Positions 1-10,056 of a stretch of DNA of 64,000 bases are shown here, piece by piece. Made by a program: the position numbers and the translations under genes. The DNA comes from Verrucomicrobia bacterium ADurb.Bin018 (GTDB lineage: Bacteria; Verrucomicrobiota; Kiritimatiellia; CAIQIC01; Lenti-01): contig MWEZ01000001.1 in NCBI GenBank assembly GCA_002071335.1, positions 7,262-71,261 of the forward strand, read 5' to 3'. Positions within the stretch are counted from its first letter, which is position 1; every line of letters starts with the position of its first letter. The notes below the pieces were generated by a model that saw only the letters and a list, made by a program, of their open reading frames with translations, ran no database searches and was not told the DNA's origin.

Positions 1-762
1 TCATGCGGTCTCCTTCAGCCAGTCATAGCCGCGGTTTTCCACCTCGTGCGCCAACTGGGCATCGCCGGAGCGCACGAGGCGTCCATCCATCATAATGTGC
101 ACAAACTGCGGCGTGATGTAGTTCAGCATGCGCTGGTAGTGCGTGATCATCAGCACCGCGCGGTGCGCCGCGTGGAGCCGGTTGACGCCCTCCGCCACGA
201 TGCGCAGCGAATCCACATCCAGCCCGGAGTCCGTTTCGTCCAGCACCGCCAGCGTGGGCTCCAGCACCGCCATTTGCAGGATTTCGTTGCGCTTCTTTTC
301 GCCGCCGGAGAAATCGAGATTCACCGCGCGGTCGAGATAGGACGGGTCCAAATCAATCAGCGCCGCTTTTTCCACCAGCAATTCGCGGAACTCGAACGCA
401 TCGGCCTCCGGCTCCTTGCGGGCGCGGCGGATGGCGTTATAGGCCGCCAGCAGGAAGGTGACGTTGCTGACGCCCGCCACATCCACCGGGTACTGAAACG
501 CGAGGAACACGCCCGCCTTGGCGCGCTCGTGCGGCTCCATCCCGAGCAAATCCTGCCATTCGCCGTTCACCTGGAAATGCACATCGCCACCGGTGACTTC
601 GTAGTCCGGGTGACCCGCCAGAATCCGCGCCAGCGTACTTTTGCCGGAGCCGTTCGGCCCCATGATGGCGTGGATTTCGCCGGCGTTCACCGTCAGCGTG
701 ATGCCGTGCAAGATTTCCGGGCCGTCCTTGACGCGGGCCTTCAACTTTTTGATGCGCAACAT
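1..762 (-). CDS. sufC: Fe-S cluster assembly ATPase SufC
   Basis: 253 aa. Walker A GPNGSGKST and ABC signature SGGEKKR. Immediately downstream of sufB. Confidence 0.9.
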   Translation of the reverse strand: MLRIKKLKARVKDGPEILHGITLTVNAGEIHAIMGPNGSGKSTLARILAGHPDYEVTGGDVHFQVNGEWQDLLGMEPHERAKAGVFLAFQYPVDVAGVSNVTFLLAAYNAIRRARKEPEADAFEFRELLVEKAALIDLDPSYLDRAVNLDFSGGEKKRNEILQMAVLEPTLAVLDETDSGLDVDSLRIVAEGVNRLHAAHRAVLMITHYQRMLNYITPQFVHIMMDGRLVRSGDAQLAHEVENRGYDWLKETA

Positions 763-772
763 GTCCTGCTCC

Positions 773-2224
773 TTATCCGATGCTGTGTTCCAGTTTCAGC
801 TCCAGCATATTCACGGCCTCCACCATGTATTCCAGCGGCAGCGTCTTGAACACGTCCTTGCAAAAGCCATTGACCAGCAGCGACACCGCGGCCTCCGTGT
901 CCAGCCCGCGCGACTGCAAATAAAAAAGCTGCTCCGCGCTGATCCGGGAGGTGGTCGCCTCGTGCTCCACGATGGCGCTCGGGTTGCTCACCTCCAAATA
1001 CGGGAAGGTGTTGGCCGCCGCCTTGTCGCCCACCAGCATGGAGTCGCACTGCGAATAGTTGCGCGCGTTCTCCGCGCCCGGCGCAATCCGCACCAACCCG
1101 CGGTAGCTGTTCTTCGACTGGTCGCAGGAAATCCCCTTGGCCACGATGGTGCTGCGCGTGTTTTTGCCGATGTGAATCATCTTCGTGCCGGTGTCCGCCT
1201 GCATCTGGTTGTTTGTCAGTGCCACCGAATAAAACTCGCCCACGGAATCGTCGCCCAGCAACACCACGCTGGGGTATTTCCAGGTGATGGCAGCGCCCGC
1301 CTCCACCTGCGTCCAGGAAATCTTGGAGCGTTTGCCGGCGCACCGCCCGCGCTTGACCACAAAGTTGTAGATGCCGCCGCGTCCCGCCGCATCGCCCCCA
1401 TACCAGTTTTGCACCGTGGAATATTTGATGGTGGCGTCGTCCAGCGCAATCAGCTCGACAATCGCGGCGTGGAGCTGGTTTTCGGGCCGCGCCGGCGCCG
1501 TGCAGCCTTCCACGTAGGACACCTCCGCGCCGACATCGGCAATGATTAGCGTGCGCTCGAACTGCCCCGTTTCGCGCGCGTTGATGCGGAAATAGGTCGA
1601 GAGGTCAATCGGGCATTTGACGCCCTTGGGGATGTACACAAATGAGCCGTCGGAAAACACCGCCGAGTTGAGCGCGGCGTAAAAGTTGTCGGTCGGCGGC
1701 ACAACGCTGCCCAGATATTTCTGCACCAGTTCCGGATGGTTGCGCGCCGCCTCGGAGAACGAGCAGAAAATGATGCCGTGCTCCGCCAGCATTTTCTGGT
1801 GGGTGGTGCCGACGGATACGCTGTCAAACACCGCATCCACCGCCACGCCCGTCAGCCGCTCTTGTTCGCGCAGCGGAATGCCCAGCCGCTGGAATGTACG
1901 CACCAGAATCGGGTCCACCTCGCCGGCCTCATTGACCGGCCGCGCCATGGATTTGGGCGCGGAAAAGTAGCGGATGTCCTGAAAATCAATTGGCGGGAAC
2001 TCCACCGCCGCCCATGTGGGCGCGGGCTGTTGCGCCCACCAACGGTAGGCCTTGAGGCGGAACTCGAGCAGATAATCCGGCTCGCCCTTGCGCTGGGAAA
2101 TCGCCCGGACAATGTCTTCGTTCAGGCCCTTGGGGAAGGTGTCCTGCTCAATGACCGTCTCGAAGCCGTATTTATACTCGCGGCCGCGCTGCTGGAGCTG
2201 CTCGGTTTGTATCTTGTTCGCCAT
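773..2224 (-). CDS. sufB: Fe-S cluster assembly protein SufB
   Basis: 483 aa with typical SufB length and conserved blocks. 10 nt upstream of sufC. Confidence 0.9.
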   Translation of the reverse strand: MANKIQTEQLQQRGREYKYGFETVIEQDTFPKGLNEDIVRAISQRKGEPDYLLEFRLKAYRWWAQQPAPTWAAVEFPPIDFQDIRYFSAPKSMARPVNEAGEVDPILVRTFQRLGIPLREQERLTGVAVDAVFDSVSVGTTHQKMLAEHGIIFCSFSEAARNHPELVQKYLGSVVPPTDNFYAALNSAVFSDGSFVYIPKGVKCPIDLSTYFRINARETGQFERTLIIADVGAEVSYVEGCTAPARPENQLHAAIVELIALDDATIKYSTVQNWYGGDAAGRGGIYNFVVKRGRCAGKRSKISWTQVEAGAAITWKYPSVVLLGDDSVGEFYSVALTNNQMQADTGTKMIHIGKNTRSTIVAKGISCDQSKNSYRGLVRIAPGAENARNYSQCDSMLVGDKAAANTFPYLEVSNPSAIVEHEATTSRISAEQLFYLQSRGLDTEAAVSLLVNGFCKDVFKTLPLEYMVEAVNMLELKLEHSIG

Positions 2225-2346
2225 GGTTTTAGTTCCGGTGGTTCACGCCAATGTAGGCCCGCGGAGGCCGCCCCGCAAATCACGGGCCGCATTTTTCTGG
2301 CGACAGCCCGGCAAAAACAGGGGCGCGGAAGGGGGGCGGGCGGCGG

Positions 2347-3666
2347 TTATTCCGCCGGCGTGGCCTCGGCAAGCTGGTGGATGGTCTGGAACGGGAAGAA
2401 GCCGGTGGCATGTCCATCCGACCACGCAATCCCCAGCGCGTAGTTGCCGATGGTCCACACTTCCTCGGCGTGGATATCCTCCGGCACGGTGTCCGGGTCC
2501 AGCAACGGCACGCGGCTCATTTCGTCCACGCACAACGCGCAGCCGCAGGCCAAGCGCAGCTCGCGGTTGGCCACGCGCTCCACGCGGCCATCACTCCAGT
2601 GCAGCTCAATGTGGGTCGGCGTGGCAACTGGCTTCGGCCGTTCGGGGCGCGCCATCATTTGCCGGCCGAGGGCGCGCATTACGGCATCCGTGGCGGCGGC
2701 GGCCTCGGGCGCAGCGGCCAAATCTTCCAGCCGCCCGCTCAACGCAGTGCGCACTGGCAGCACCGCCAAGTTGTCCAGGCCGAAGCGCTCGCGCAGCAGG
2801 TCCGTGCCCGACTTGCCAAAAATCTCGTGCCGCTCGCCGCAGCCCGGACACTGGAAATAGGCCATGTTCTCAATGACGCCCAGCACCGGCACGTTCACCT
2901 TGGCGAACATCTGGATGCCCTTGCGCACGTCCGCCAGCGAAAGCTCATGCGGCGTGGTCACAATCACCGCCGCATCCAACTGGACCGACTGCGAAATGGT
3001 CAACTGCACATCCCCCGTGCCCGGCGGGAAATCAATGATCAGGTAATCCAACTCGCCCCAGGCCACCTGATGCAAAAATTGCTGCACAAGGCCGGAGACC
3101 ATCGGCCCGCGCATCACCGCCGGCTCATCGCCTAGCGCAAAGCCGAACGACATCACCTTCAGGTTTTCCCATTCGCGCGGCACAATGTAGTCCTCGTCCG
3201 TGGTTTCCACGCCTTTCTCATGCAAGTTGAACAACGTGGGCGCCGAAGGCCCGAAAATATCAACATCCAACAGGCCCGTGCGGAAGCCGCGCCGCGCCAA
3301 ATTCACCGCCAGCATGGCCGCCACCGTGGACTTGCCCACCCCCCCCTTGCAGGAGGTCACTGCCAAAATACACGTGGTTTTGGCCAGGCCACTGCCCTGC
3401 GCCAGCTTGCGCATCGGGCGCTCCTGCGCCGTCATGGTCACGTGTACGCTCGTCACGCCCGGCACAGCTTTGACCACGCGCTCCGCTTCTTCCTTGAATT
3501 GATCGCGGATGGGGCACGCCGGCGTGGTCAGTTCAATCTTGAACGACACCACCCCATCGCGAATGGCTAAATCCTTCACAAAGCCCAGCGTCACGATGTC
3601 CTTTTCAAAATCGGGATCAATCACCGCGCGCAGCGCGTTCAAAATGGCTTCATTGGTTGGTGTCAT
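2347..3666 (-). CDS. apbC: Mrp/ApbC (NBP35) family Fe-S carrier ATPase with N-terminal MIP18/DUF59 and C-terminal DUF971-like domain
   Basis: P-loop CKGGVGKST. CPGC motif. Deviant Walker ParA/Mrp fold. C-terminal 90 aa resembles DUF971 (HWSDG...CGCALC). Confidence 0.75.
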   Translation of the reverse strand: MTPTNEAILNALRAVIDPDFEKDIVTLGFVKDLAIRDGVVSFKIELTTPACPIRDQFKEEAERVVKAVPGVTSVHVTMTAQERPMRKLAQGSGLAKTTCILAVTSCKGGVGKSTVAAMLAVNLARRGFRTGLLDVDIFGPSAPTLFNLHEKGVETTDEDYIVPREWENLKVMSFGFALGDEPAVMRGPMVSGLVQQFLHQVAWGELDYLIIDFPPGTGDVQLTISQSVQLDAAVIVTTPHELSLADVRKGIQMFAKVNVPVLGVIENMAYFQCPGCGERHEIFGKSGTDLLRERFGLDNLAVLPVRTALSGRLEDLAAAPEAAAATDAVMRALGRQMMARPERPKPVATPTHIELHWSDGRVERVANRELRLACGCALCVDEMSRVPLLDPDTVPEDIHAEEVWTIGNYALGIAWSDGHATGFFPFQTIHQLAEATPAE

Positions 3667-3787
3667 GGTGGTCCTTACTGCTTGGCCGCGCCTCCGCGGG
3701 CGCGTTCGTCACAACCTAGCCGGATGAACATGATTTGTCAAAAACCACACTCAAATGTAGAGTGGGCGGGATAGGTGGAAAAAGGCC

Positions 3788-4843
3788 ATGAAAACTAATC
3801 CCATTTCGCAAAGCACGGATGTCCGCGCCATCGAGGCGTGGATGATGCAGCACTTGCGCCACCTCGTCCCCGAAATTGAAATCCGGGCCAAGGCGGAACT
3901 GGCCGCTCAAATCAACCGGCTAAAAACTGAACGCGATGCTGTGATTTTGGGCCACAACTACATGGAACCCGCGCTTTATCACGCCGTTGCCGACATTCGC
4001 GGCGATTCGCTCGAACTTTGCCGCGAAGCCCAAAAGGCCGATCGCAGTGTCATCGTGTTTTGCGGGGTGGAATTCATGGCGGAAACCGCCAAGATTCTCA
4101 ACCCCACGCGCAAAGTCCTCATCCCCTCCACCAAGGCGGGCTGCTCCCTTGCTGAAAGCATCACTGCCGATGACGTCCGCCGCCTCAAAGCCCAATTTCC
4201 CGGCGTCCCGGTCGTCGCCTACATCAACACTTACGCTGCCGTTAAGGCCGAGACCGATATCTGCTGTACGTCCAGTAGCGCCGCCAAAATCGTTGCCAGC
4301 CTCGACACGGACACGGTGATTTTTATTCCGGATGAATACCTCGCTCGCAACGTCGCGCGCGAAACCGGCAAAACCGTGATCTTCCCCGAACAGGCCGCCG
4401 CCGCCTGCCCCGGTGCCAACACCTTCATCGGCTGGCATGGCAAATGCGAAGTCCACGACCTGTTCACCGTGCAGGATGTTGAAAATGTCCGCCGGCAATT
4501 CCCGCAAGCCGTCATTCTCGCCCACCCCGAATGCCCCCCTGCCGTGGCGGCTGCCGCCGATTTTTCCGGCAGCACCTCCGCCATGGTGCGTTTTGTGCAA
4601 GAGCACCCTGCGCCGCAATACTTCCTGATGACCGAATGCTCGATGGCCGACAACATCGCCGCCGAAAATCCCAACAAGGAGATGATCCGGCTATGCAGCC
4701 ACCGCTGCCCCTACATGGCCACCATCACCCTCGAGGACACCCTCGCCGCCCTCGAACACCTGCGCTACGAGGTCACCGTCCCCGAGGACATCCGCCTGCG
4801 CGCCAAGAAATCCATTGACCGCATGCTCGCCCTCACCACCTAG
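3788..4843 (+). CDS. nadA: quinolinate synthase NadA
   Basis: 351 aa. Conserved NadA blocks (ILGHNYM, three-repeat architecture, Cys ligands). Confidence 0.9.
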   Translation: MKTNPISQSTDVRAIEAWMMQHLRHLVPEIEIRAKAELAAQINRLKTERDAVILGHNYMEPALYHAVADIRGDSLELCREAQKADRSVIVFCGVEFMAETAKILNPTRKVLIPSTKAGCSLAESITADDVRRLKAQFPGVPVVAYINTYAAVKAETDICCTSSSAAKIVASLDTDTVIFIPDEYLARNVARETGKTVIFPEQAAAACPGANTFIGWHGKCEVHDLFTVQDVENVRRQFPQAVILAHPECPPAVAAAADFSGSTSAMVRFVQEHPAPQYFLMTECSMADNIAAENPNKEMIRLCSHRCPYMATITLEDTLAALEHLRYEVTVPEDIRLRAKKSIDRMLALTT

Positions 4844-4963
4844 CGCCACTGCGCGCCATTTGCGAGTTCATCGTTGTTTTCAGTGGTCGGATAGTGCCGC
4901 CTAGGGTGAGGAAATAACCGTCGTCAAACCAACCTCTTGGTTTTGTCATTTGAATCATGCCAT

Positions 4964-5100
4964 CCAGAGTTTATAAACTCTGGGCATATGTTGTAATATC
5001 CCCATCCCATTTATACACAATTTATTACATCTATTTTTTAGGCAATTTTAAATTGGACATTTTGAGGGTACTGTCCACAGTTTATAAAGTCTGGACATAT
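4964..5100. promoter_or_regulatory. AT-rich convergent intergenic region with two related 20-bp palindromes (CCAGAGTTTATAAACTCTGG at 4964-4983; CCACAGTTTATAAAGTCTGG at 5075-5094), each followed by GCATAT/ACATAT, plus a GGACA-N12-TGTCC hairpin at 5055-5076
   Basis: Read directly from the sequence. Local GC is far below the genome average. Lies between the 3' ends of nadA (+) and the CotH-like gene (-). Confidence 0.5.
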
Positions 5101-5237
5101 TTTTGGTGAGTGATTTTTGCGTTTTTATCCGAGTGGTTCCGCATGGGAGGCGCCAAACCCAAGACCCCTACTAAAAATCAGCGAAGGTTCCATTTGCGGC
5201 GTTGGCGGCGCTTGCGTTTACTGGTCTTCGGCTGCTG

Positions 5238-8200
5238 CTATCTTTTTGTCGCGGGATAGTGGGGCAGCCATTTTTTCAAGGCGGCATCCATGGCAGCGGT
5301 GCTGTTGCGCAGCACGTTTCGGGTGTGTTGCACGTGCCGGCGGTGCGGGACGCCATGGCTGTAGTTCCATCGCTCGTAATCCCAGCGCACATACGCTGCG
5401 ATTGGATCGCGCAACGCTTGGATGCGACGCTCAAGCGCATGGTCGGACAACACCGTTTGTCGCAGCGCAAACCATCGTGCGGCCAAGGTGGGCATGTAGT
5501 CAGGATTCTCTTGCTCCATGCGACGCATCATGTTGTTGGCCAGCCACTCCCAAGGCCGGGTGTTGGGATGGTCAAAATCCCATGGCACATGGAATAATTG
5601 CCCGCGGGTGGCGTCGTACACCAACGCATCGTGCATGGCGAATGGGAATGGATAGCCGTTTCGGTTTTGCATGAGGTTGATGAGAATCTGCAAGTCAATG
5701 AGGCTGCTAATGTCGTGCCGCGCCGAAATACGCGGCAACCATTCCGCTTTCGTGAAGTCATTCAGCAGTTGATCAATCGGCTCATGCCAGGAATGCTCGG
5801 CGCCTCTGGGCCGGGACACTCGGAAAGGGTGCGCGCGCGGCGGCGCGCTTTCGTGGCGGTACACGAAGATATCGGGAGTCCCCTCCCCATCCCACGGTGT
5901 TTCGTCCACGAGGCGCTCGTCAATCCGGGTACACAATTCGTAGAGGCCGTAATAGTGGCCGTTCACAAACACCTCGCTAGGTCGGACGAGCGGCGCGTAG
6001 CGCGGCGCGCCAGGCGCAGAAAATTCGCGGAACAGGCCATAGGCCAACCCATTGTTCAAAAACGAAGGATCCTGCCGCGCGTTGATGGTTTTTAGAACCC
6101 GGTCCTGCGGGTCACCAAAAACGCCATGGGCGGAATCGGTTTTGATGGAAAGTAATTTCTTTTTGCCCCAATAACTGGTGTTGCCGCGGTGATTGACCCC
6201 GGCACGGTGGGCCTGGCTGGCGATCAGGCGGCGGACACCGGATGTGGGATCGGCGAACTCCACCACGGCATCCACCCGGCGATCCTTCGCCAGGATATCC
6301 GTGACGGTCAGGAAAACCGCCGGCAAGGTGGTTTCGCGGGGCATCACCCGGAAACGCAGGTCCTTCCGGATGGTTTGTTGGGGATCCTGAATGACGGCGG
6401 TCAGAACCACTTCTTTGGGCGCGCCGGATGTGGGCTGATGAACCTTGCCCGTCGTGGAGATCCATTGCGGAGCGGAACTTTCCCACGCCAGTGATGTATC
6501 CGCAACTTGATGGACCGACAAATCCAAGTCGCCTTCCAGATAGAACGGCGAGCGGTTGGAGCCGAGTACTAGATACTCATCCAGAAAATCCGCCATATGC
6601 TGCGCCGGGGGGCCTGCGGCCCAAGCGGGGTGCATTTGTTCCTGCAAGTCGTAGTAATTCTGCCGGATCTGCTGACCGATCTCGCGGGTGTTCAAAGGAC
6701 TTTGAAAATCGCGTAACAACAGCGGCCGGCACTCTTTTTTGACCTCTTCAAAAAGCGCGTCCAACAACGCCTGATTGCCGGGCCAAGGGCGCGACTTGAT
6801 GCGTAGCACGGGCTCGAATGGTTGCGTGTTGAACATCACATTCCACGTGGTTGGAGTTCGGATGAATGGTTCGGCAGCCCGACGGTAGTCGCCGGGCATA
6901 ATGCCGTTTTGCCGATAATCCGAGTAACGGTAAATTCCGGCCAACGTGTTGTTGATGTAAAGCCGGCAGAGGCCGTCCCTAACCTGTGGCACGCCGAAGT
7001 GGCGTTCCAATCGGGAAATAACAAAAGGCGCGAGAAAACCACTTGCCTCGGGCGGTTGCAGCAGGATTTTGGAGCAGCCGTCGAAGGTACAGCCGTCCTC
7101 ATATTCCAGCACAAACCCAGGGCGGATGAAGTCCGCGTAGGCGGTGTCGCTGCCGTGCAACCAAAGCTGGGCGGAAAGCATGGCACCCTCCGCCAGCGCG
7201 TGAACACGGCGCGGCCGGGCAGCTTGCAGCACGCGTCTGCCGGAACGACGGCTTTGCTCGTGGGCGTTGAGGAAATGTTTACGATCCTTGTCGCTCAACA
7301 CCAGCCGGATGGCCGGCACCCCGGCTATGCTTTTTTCGGTGGCACGCCACAGGCGCGAATCAAAAACATTCTGAACCGTGCAGAATGTCTGCGTTACTGC
7401 CAGCCACCGTTTGGCCAGCCGATGACGCCACCGGAGGGCGCGGGGGACGTGAGTCGCAAGCAGGCTCCCCACCCCGCTGCTCAGCTTTTGAATTTCCGCC
7501 GCGGATAGCGGGCGGTTCCAGAGCGCGGTTTCCGCAATCATGCCGCTAAACGGCGACCGCACCACGTACCAAGAGGTTTTGCCCGCACACAAGTTGAGGG
7601 GCGGCCAGAGAATCTCTTTGACGGGCCCTTCCGCTTTCAATTCGCCGTTTTCATACAAGCTCATGCGGCCGGACGCCATGTCCACAGTGGCCGCAACATG
7701 CACAAATTCGCCCGTTCGGGTGAACGGGTAGCTGACGCACTGGCGCTCTTTGGCCGGCACATCGAAAAATATCTGCCCGTTTTCATAACGCAGCCCCGTT
7801 TGCAACGTGGCGTATGCGCCGCCGAAAATGTCCTGATCCCGCTCCGGCTCTTCCAGACGAATCCAAGCGGAGAGAGTAAAATTGGACCCCAGCATATCCC
7901 ATGGCAAGGGCCAGGCCAGCCAGGTCTGTTCACGGCCATCGAACTGACGTGCAGGCCGGCCTTCTTGGACAACAGCCACAGTTCCCGGGCACAGAGCGGC
8001 GCTGACTGAAATGAGGTCCCGGGCTTGGGGATCCTCAAATGTAAACAGCGCGGCGATGCCGAGTTCTTCGACAAGATATTGCCTGATCTCCGTTTCGCAC
8101 TCTGCCACGGCCTCGTTGGCGCATTGGTTGTGCCATCGCGCAGTGGCAACCAACCCGATCATTGCCGCGGCAAGCAGAACACAACCGATGAATGTCACCC

Positions 8201-8411
8201 AGGTTTTCACCCACGCCGCCGGGTTGATCAACCTGCTACGAGTGGGGAGGGCTCTTGCGCGCCGGGCGAAGGAATCAAAAAAGCTTTGGGGCCGGCTGGA
8301 ACGAGCGTATTCATGCGTGGCATGGTAGGCGGCACGGAATGCGACCGTCAATGCCGAACGTCTCACAGACCTTCCAGCCTTTCCCGGCAAGAAGGTTTCG
8401 TCCCGCAACAA
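5238..8411 (-). CDS. large membrane-anchored protein with LamG/concanavalin-like domain and CotH kinase-like domain
   Basis: 1057 aa. N-terminal TM helix. LamG-like segment (SAWIRLEEP...LYENGELKAEG). C-terminal half shows CotH-family blocks (YWGKKKLLSIK, GHYYGLYEL, WDFDH). Start uncertain. Confidence 0.55.
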   Translation of the reverse strand: MLRDETFLPGKAGRSVRRSALTVAFRAAYHATHEYARSSRPQSFFDSFARRARALPTRSRLINPAAWVKTWVTFIGCVLLAAAMIGLVATARWHNQCANEAVAECETEIRQYLVEELGIAALFTFEDPQARDLISVSAALCPGTVAVVQEGRPARQFDGREQTWLAWPLPWDMLGSNFTLSAWIRLEEPERDQDIFGGAYATLQTGLRYENGQIFFDVPAKERQCVSYPFTRTGEFVHVAATVDMASGRMSLYENGELKAEGPVKEILWPPLNLCAGKTSWYVVRSPFSGMIAETALWNRPLSAAEIQKLSSGVGSLLATHVPRALRWRHRLAKRWLAVTQTFCTVQNVFDSRLWRATEKSIAGVPAIRLVLSDKDRKHFLNAHEQSRRSGRRVLQAARPRRVHALAEGAMLSAQLWLHGSDTAYADFIRPGFVLEYEDGCTFDGCSKILLQPPEASGFLAPFVISRLERHFGVPQVRDGLCRLYINNTLAGIYRYSDYRQNGIMPGDYRRAAEPFIRTPTTWNVMFNTQPFEPVLRIKSRPWPGNQALLDALFEEVKKECRPLLLRDFQSPLNTREIGQQIRQNYYDLQEQMHPAWAAGPPAQHMADFLDEYLVLGSNRSPFYLEGDLDLSVHQVADTSLAWESSAPQWISTTGKVHQPTSGAPKEVVLTAVIQDPQQTIRKDLRFRVMPRETTLPAVFLTVTDILAKDRRVDAVVEFADPTSGVRRLIASQAHRAGVNHRGNTSYWGKKKLLSIKTDSAHGVFGDPQDRVLKTINARQDPSFLNNGLAYGLFREFSAPGAPRYAPLVRPSEVFVNGHYYGLYELCTRIDERLVDETPWDGEGTPDIFVYRHESAPPRAHPFRVSRPRGAEHSWHEPIDQLLNDFTKAEWLPRISARHDISSLIDLQILINLMQNRNGYPFPFAMHDALVYDATRGQLFHVPWDFDHPNTRPWEWLANNMMRRMEQENPDYMPTLAARWFALRQTVLSDHALERRIQALRDPIAAYVRWDYERWNYSHGVPHRRHVQHTRNVLRNSTAAMDAALKKWLPHYPATKR

Positions 8412-8566
8412 GTCCCGTCCTACAAAAGAGTCCCAATGTGAAGTTCAGAAAGCAGGGCCATTTTTCAAGGTCATGGATTGTGACCTTGATCAGAAGGATG
8501 GGCTAATAATTGGTTCCTGAGTAAACCTCAATCGAATTGCCGTGGTGCGATTGGGAGGCTGAGGTT

Positions 8567-9838
8567 TTACTCGGCGGGTTTGGGCGGGGGTGTGGTGGCG
8601 GTCACGCGCTGAAAGTGGGCAAGGAAGGCTTGGGCGATGTCGCGATGGCGCAGGATCAGGACGTTTTCATCGTTGCCGTCGGGCGCGACGAGGCCGGAGA
8701 TGGTCCAGTTGGCGGCGCCATGCACCACGAACGGGCGGCGTCCGTTGGGGTCAATGATGGCGTATTTGGTGTGGACCAGATCGGGTTCGCCGGAATCCCA
8801 GGCATCGCTGATGGCGCTGGCGCGGGCGGGCAGCAGCACGACGCGGTTGGTGCCGGTGTAGTTAGCGGGGTCGGCAAAGTAGCGGGCGGTGGCCTTGGAG
8901 GTGGCAAACAGGTTGGTACCGCGATCGCTTTCGGGGATAACGCCAACAACCTTGATGCCGCGGTTGGCGGCAGCGACCAGATCGCGGCGCAGGGGCACGC
9001 GGTTGAAGCGGTGCATGGAAAAATAGATTTCTTCTTCGGCGTCGTGAATCAGGCGGCGGATGTCGGTTTCGGCGTTGACGGCGCCGTTGGTGCCTTTGGG
9101 GTAGGGACCGAAACGCACCCAGCAGGTGCCCCAACTGTCTTGCAGCCGGAAGTTGGTGCGGTCGTGCTGCTGCTGTTTTTGAGCGCCAAAGCGGCGGGCC
9201 TTGAATTCGGCCATTTCAGCGGCGAAGGCGCCGTAGAGTTCCTCGTTGCGGGCCAGCAGGGCGATATTCCATTGGTTCATGTTGGCTGCGCCGGTAAAGT
9301 TGCCGGAAGCCACCAGCACCCAGCGGTTGCTTGGGCCGTAGTCGAAGATGGCCACTTTGTGGTGCATGAGCGAGTTACGGGGCGAGACGGACAACACGAG
9401 CGGGTTGCGGCGGCGTTTGGAGAGGCGTGTGAGGGAGAGCCCCGGCGTGTATTCCTTGAACCGCTTGACGGCGCTATCCACCACAAAATGGACTTTTGCG
9501 CCGCGGTCCAAGGCGTGGTCCAACGCTTGCAGGATAGGCCCGGCGGCGCCGGTTTCGGTGGAGTCGCCGGAAAACGTGAAGGTGGCAATGGCCGCGCTGT
9601 TGCCATTGGAGAGGCGGTTGATGCCGGCGAGGAGCATATCGCGGATGACGTATTCGCCTTTGAGGAAAACTTCAGCCGATTGGGTGGGCAGGCTATAGCC
9701 GACGGCCCAATCGTTGCTGGTAATCAACTGGGCCCGGGCCGGCCCGGCCAGGAGCGCCCCCAGCAGGAGCAGGCGCCAGACGTACCGCCGGACTGTTTGG
9801 AGGCCGGCGCCACGGGGTTGTGCAAGCATCATCCGCAT
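8567..9838 (-). CDS. secreted phospholipase D family protein (two HKD motifs)
   Basis: HKD-like motifs HHKVAIFDYG...ASGNFTGAA and HTKYAIIDPNG...HGAANWT. Signal peptide after M39 of the listed ORF. Start trimmed to the ATG at 9838. Confidence 0.7.
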   Translation of the reverse strand: MRMMLAQPRGAGLQTVRRYVWRLLLLGALLAGPARAQLITSNDWAVGYSLPTQSAEVFLKGEYVIRDMLLAGINRLSNGNSAAIATFTFSGDSTETGAAGPILQALDHALDRGAKVHFVVDSAVKRFKEYTPGLSLTRLSKRRRNPLVLSVSPRNSLMHHKVAIFDYGPSNRWVLVASGNFTGAANMNQWNIALLARNEELYGAFAAEMAEFKARRFGAQKQQQHDRTNFRLQDSWGTCWVRFGPYPKGTNGAVNAETDIRRLIHDAEEEIYFSMHRFNRVPLRRDLVAAANRGIKVVGVIPESDRGTNLFATSKATARYFADPANYTGTNRVVLLPARASAISDAWDSGEPDLVHTKYAIIDPNGRRPFVVHGAANWTISGLVAPDGNDENVLILRHRDIAQAFLAHFQRVTATTPPPKPAE

Positions 9839-10056
9839 GTGATTCCACCCTTTGCTTGTTTTCATCAGCGCACCGGTGATTCTCCACGGAACCGCGCGGG
9901 ATGGAAAGGATGAAAATGGCGCGGCGGGGGTCCCGGCGCAAAAACGTTCCACCCGCCGGATGCTTTTGTTTTTTGCGGTTTGCTGTCGAACAGGCTAGGT
10001 TGACAGATGCCGTTTTTTTGGTTCCCCTTGCGGCAGGGGTTTGGAGGTAATGGATT

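Noticed and set aside
5117-5674. 185-aa plus-strand ORF starting in the AT-rich intergenic region
   Set aside because: It overlaps the 3' end of the CotH-like gene on the opposite strand and has Cys/Ala/Arg-rich low-complexity composition.
8537-9913. 458-aa plus-strand Gly/Ala-rich ORF
   Set aside because: It is antisense to the secreted PLD gene. GC artefact.
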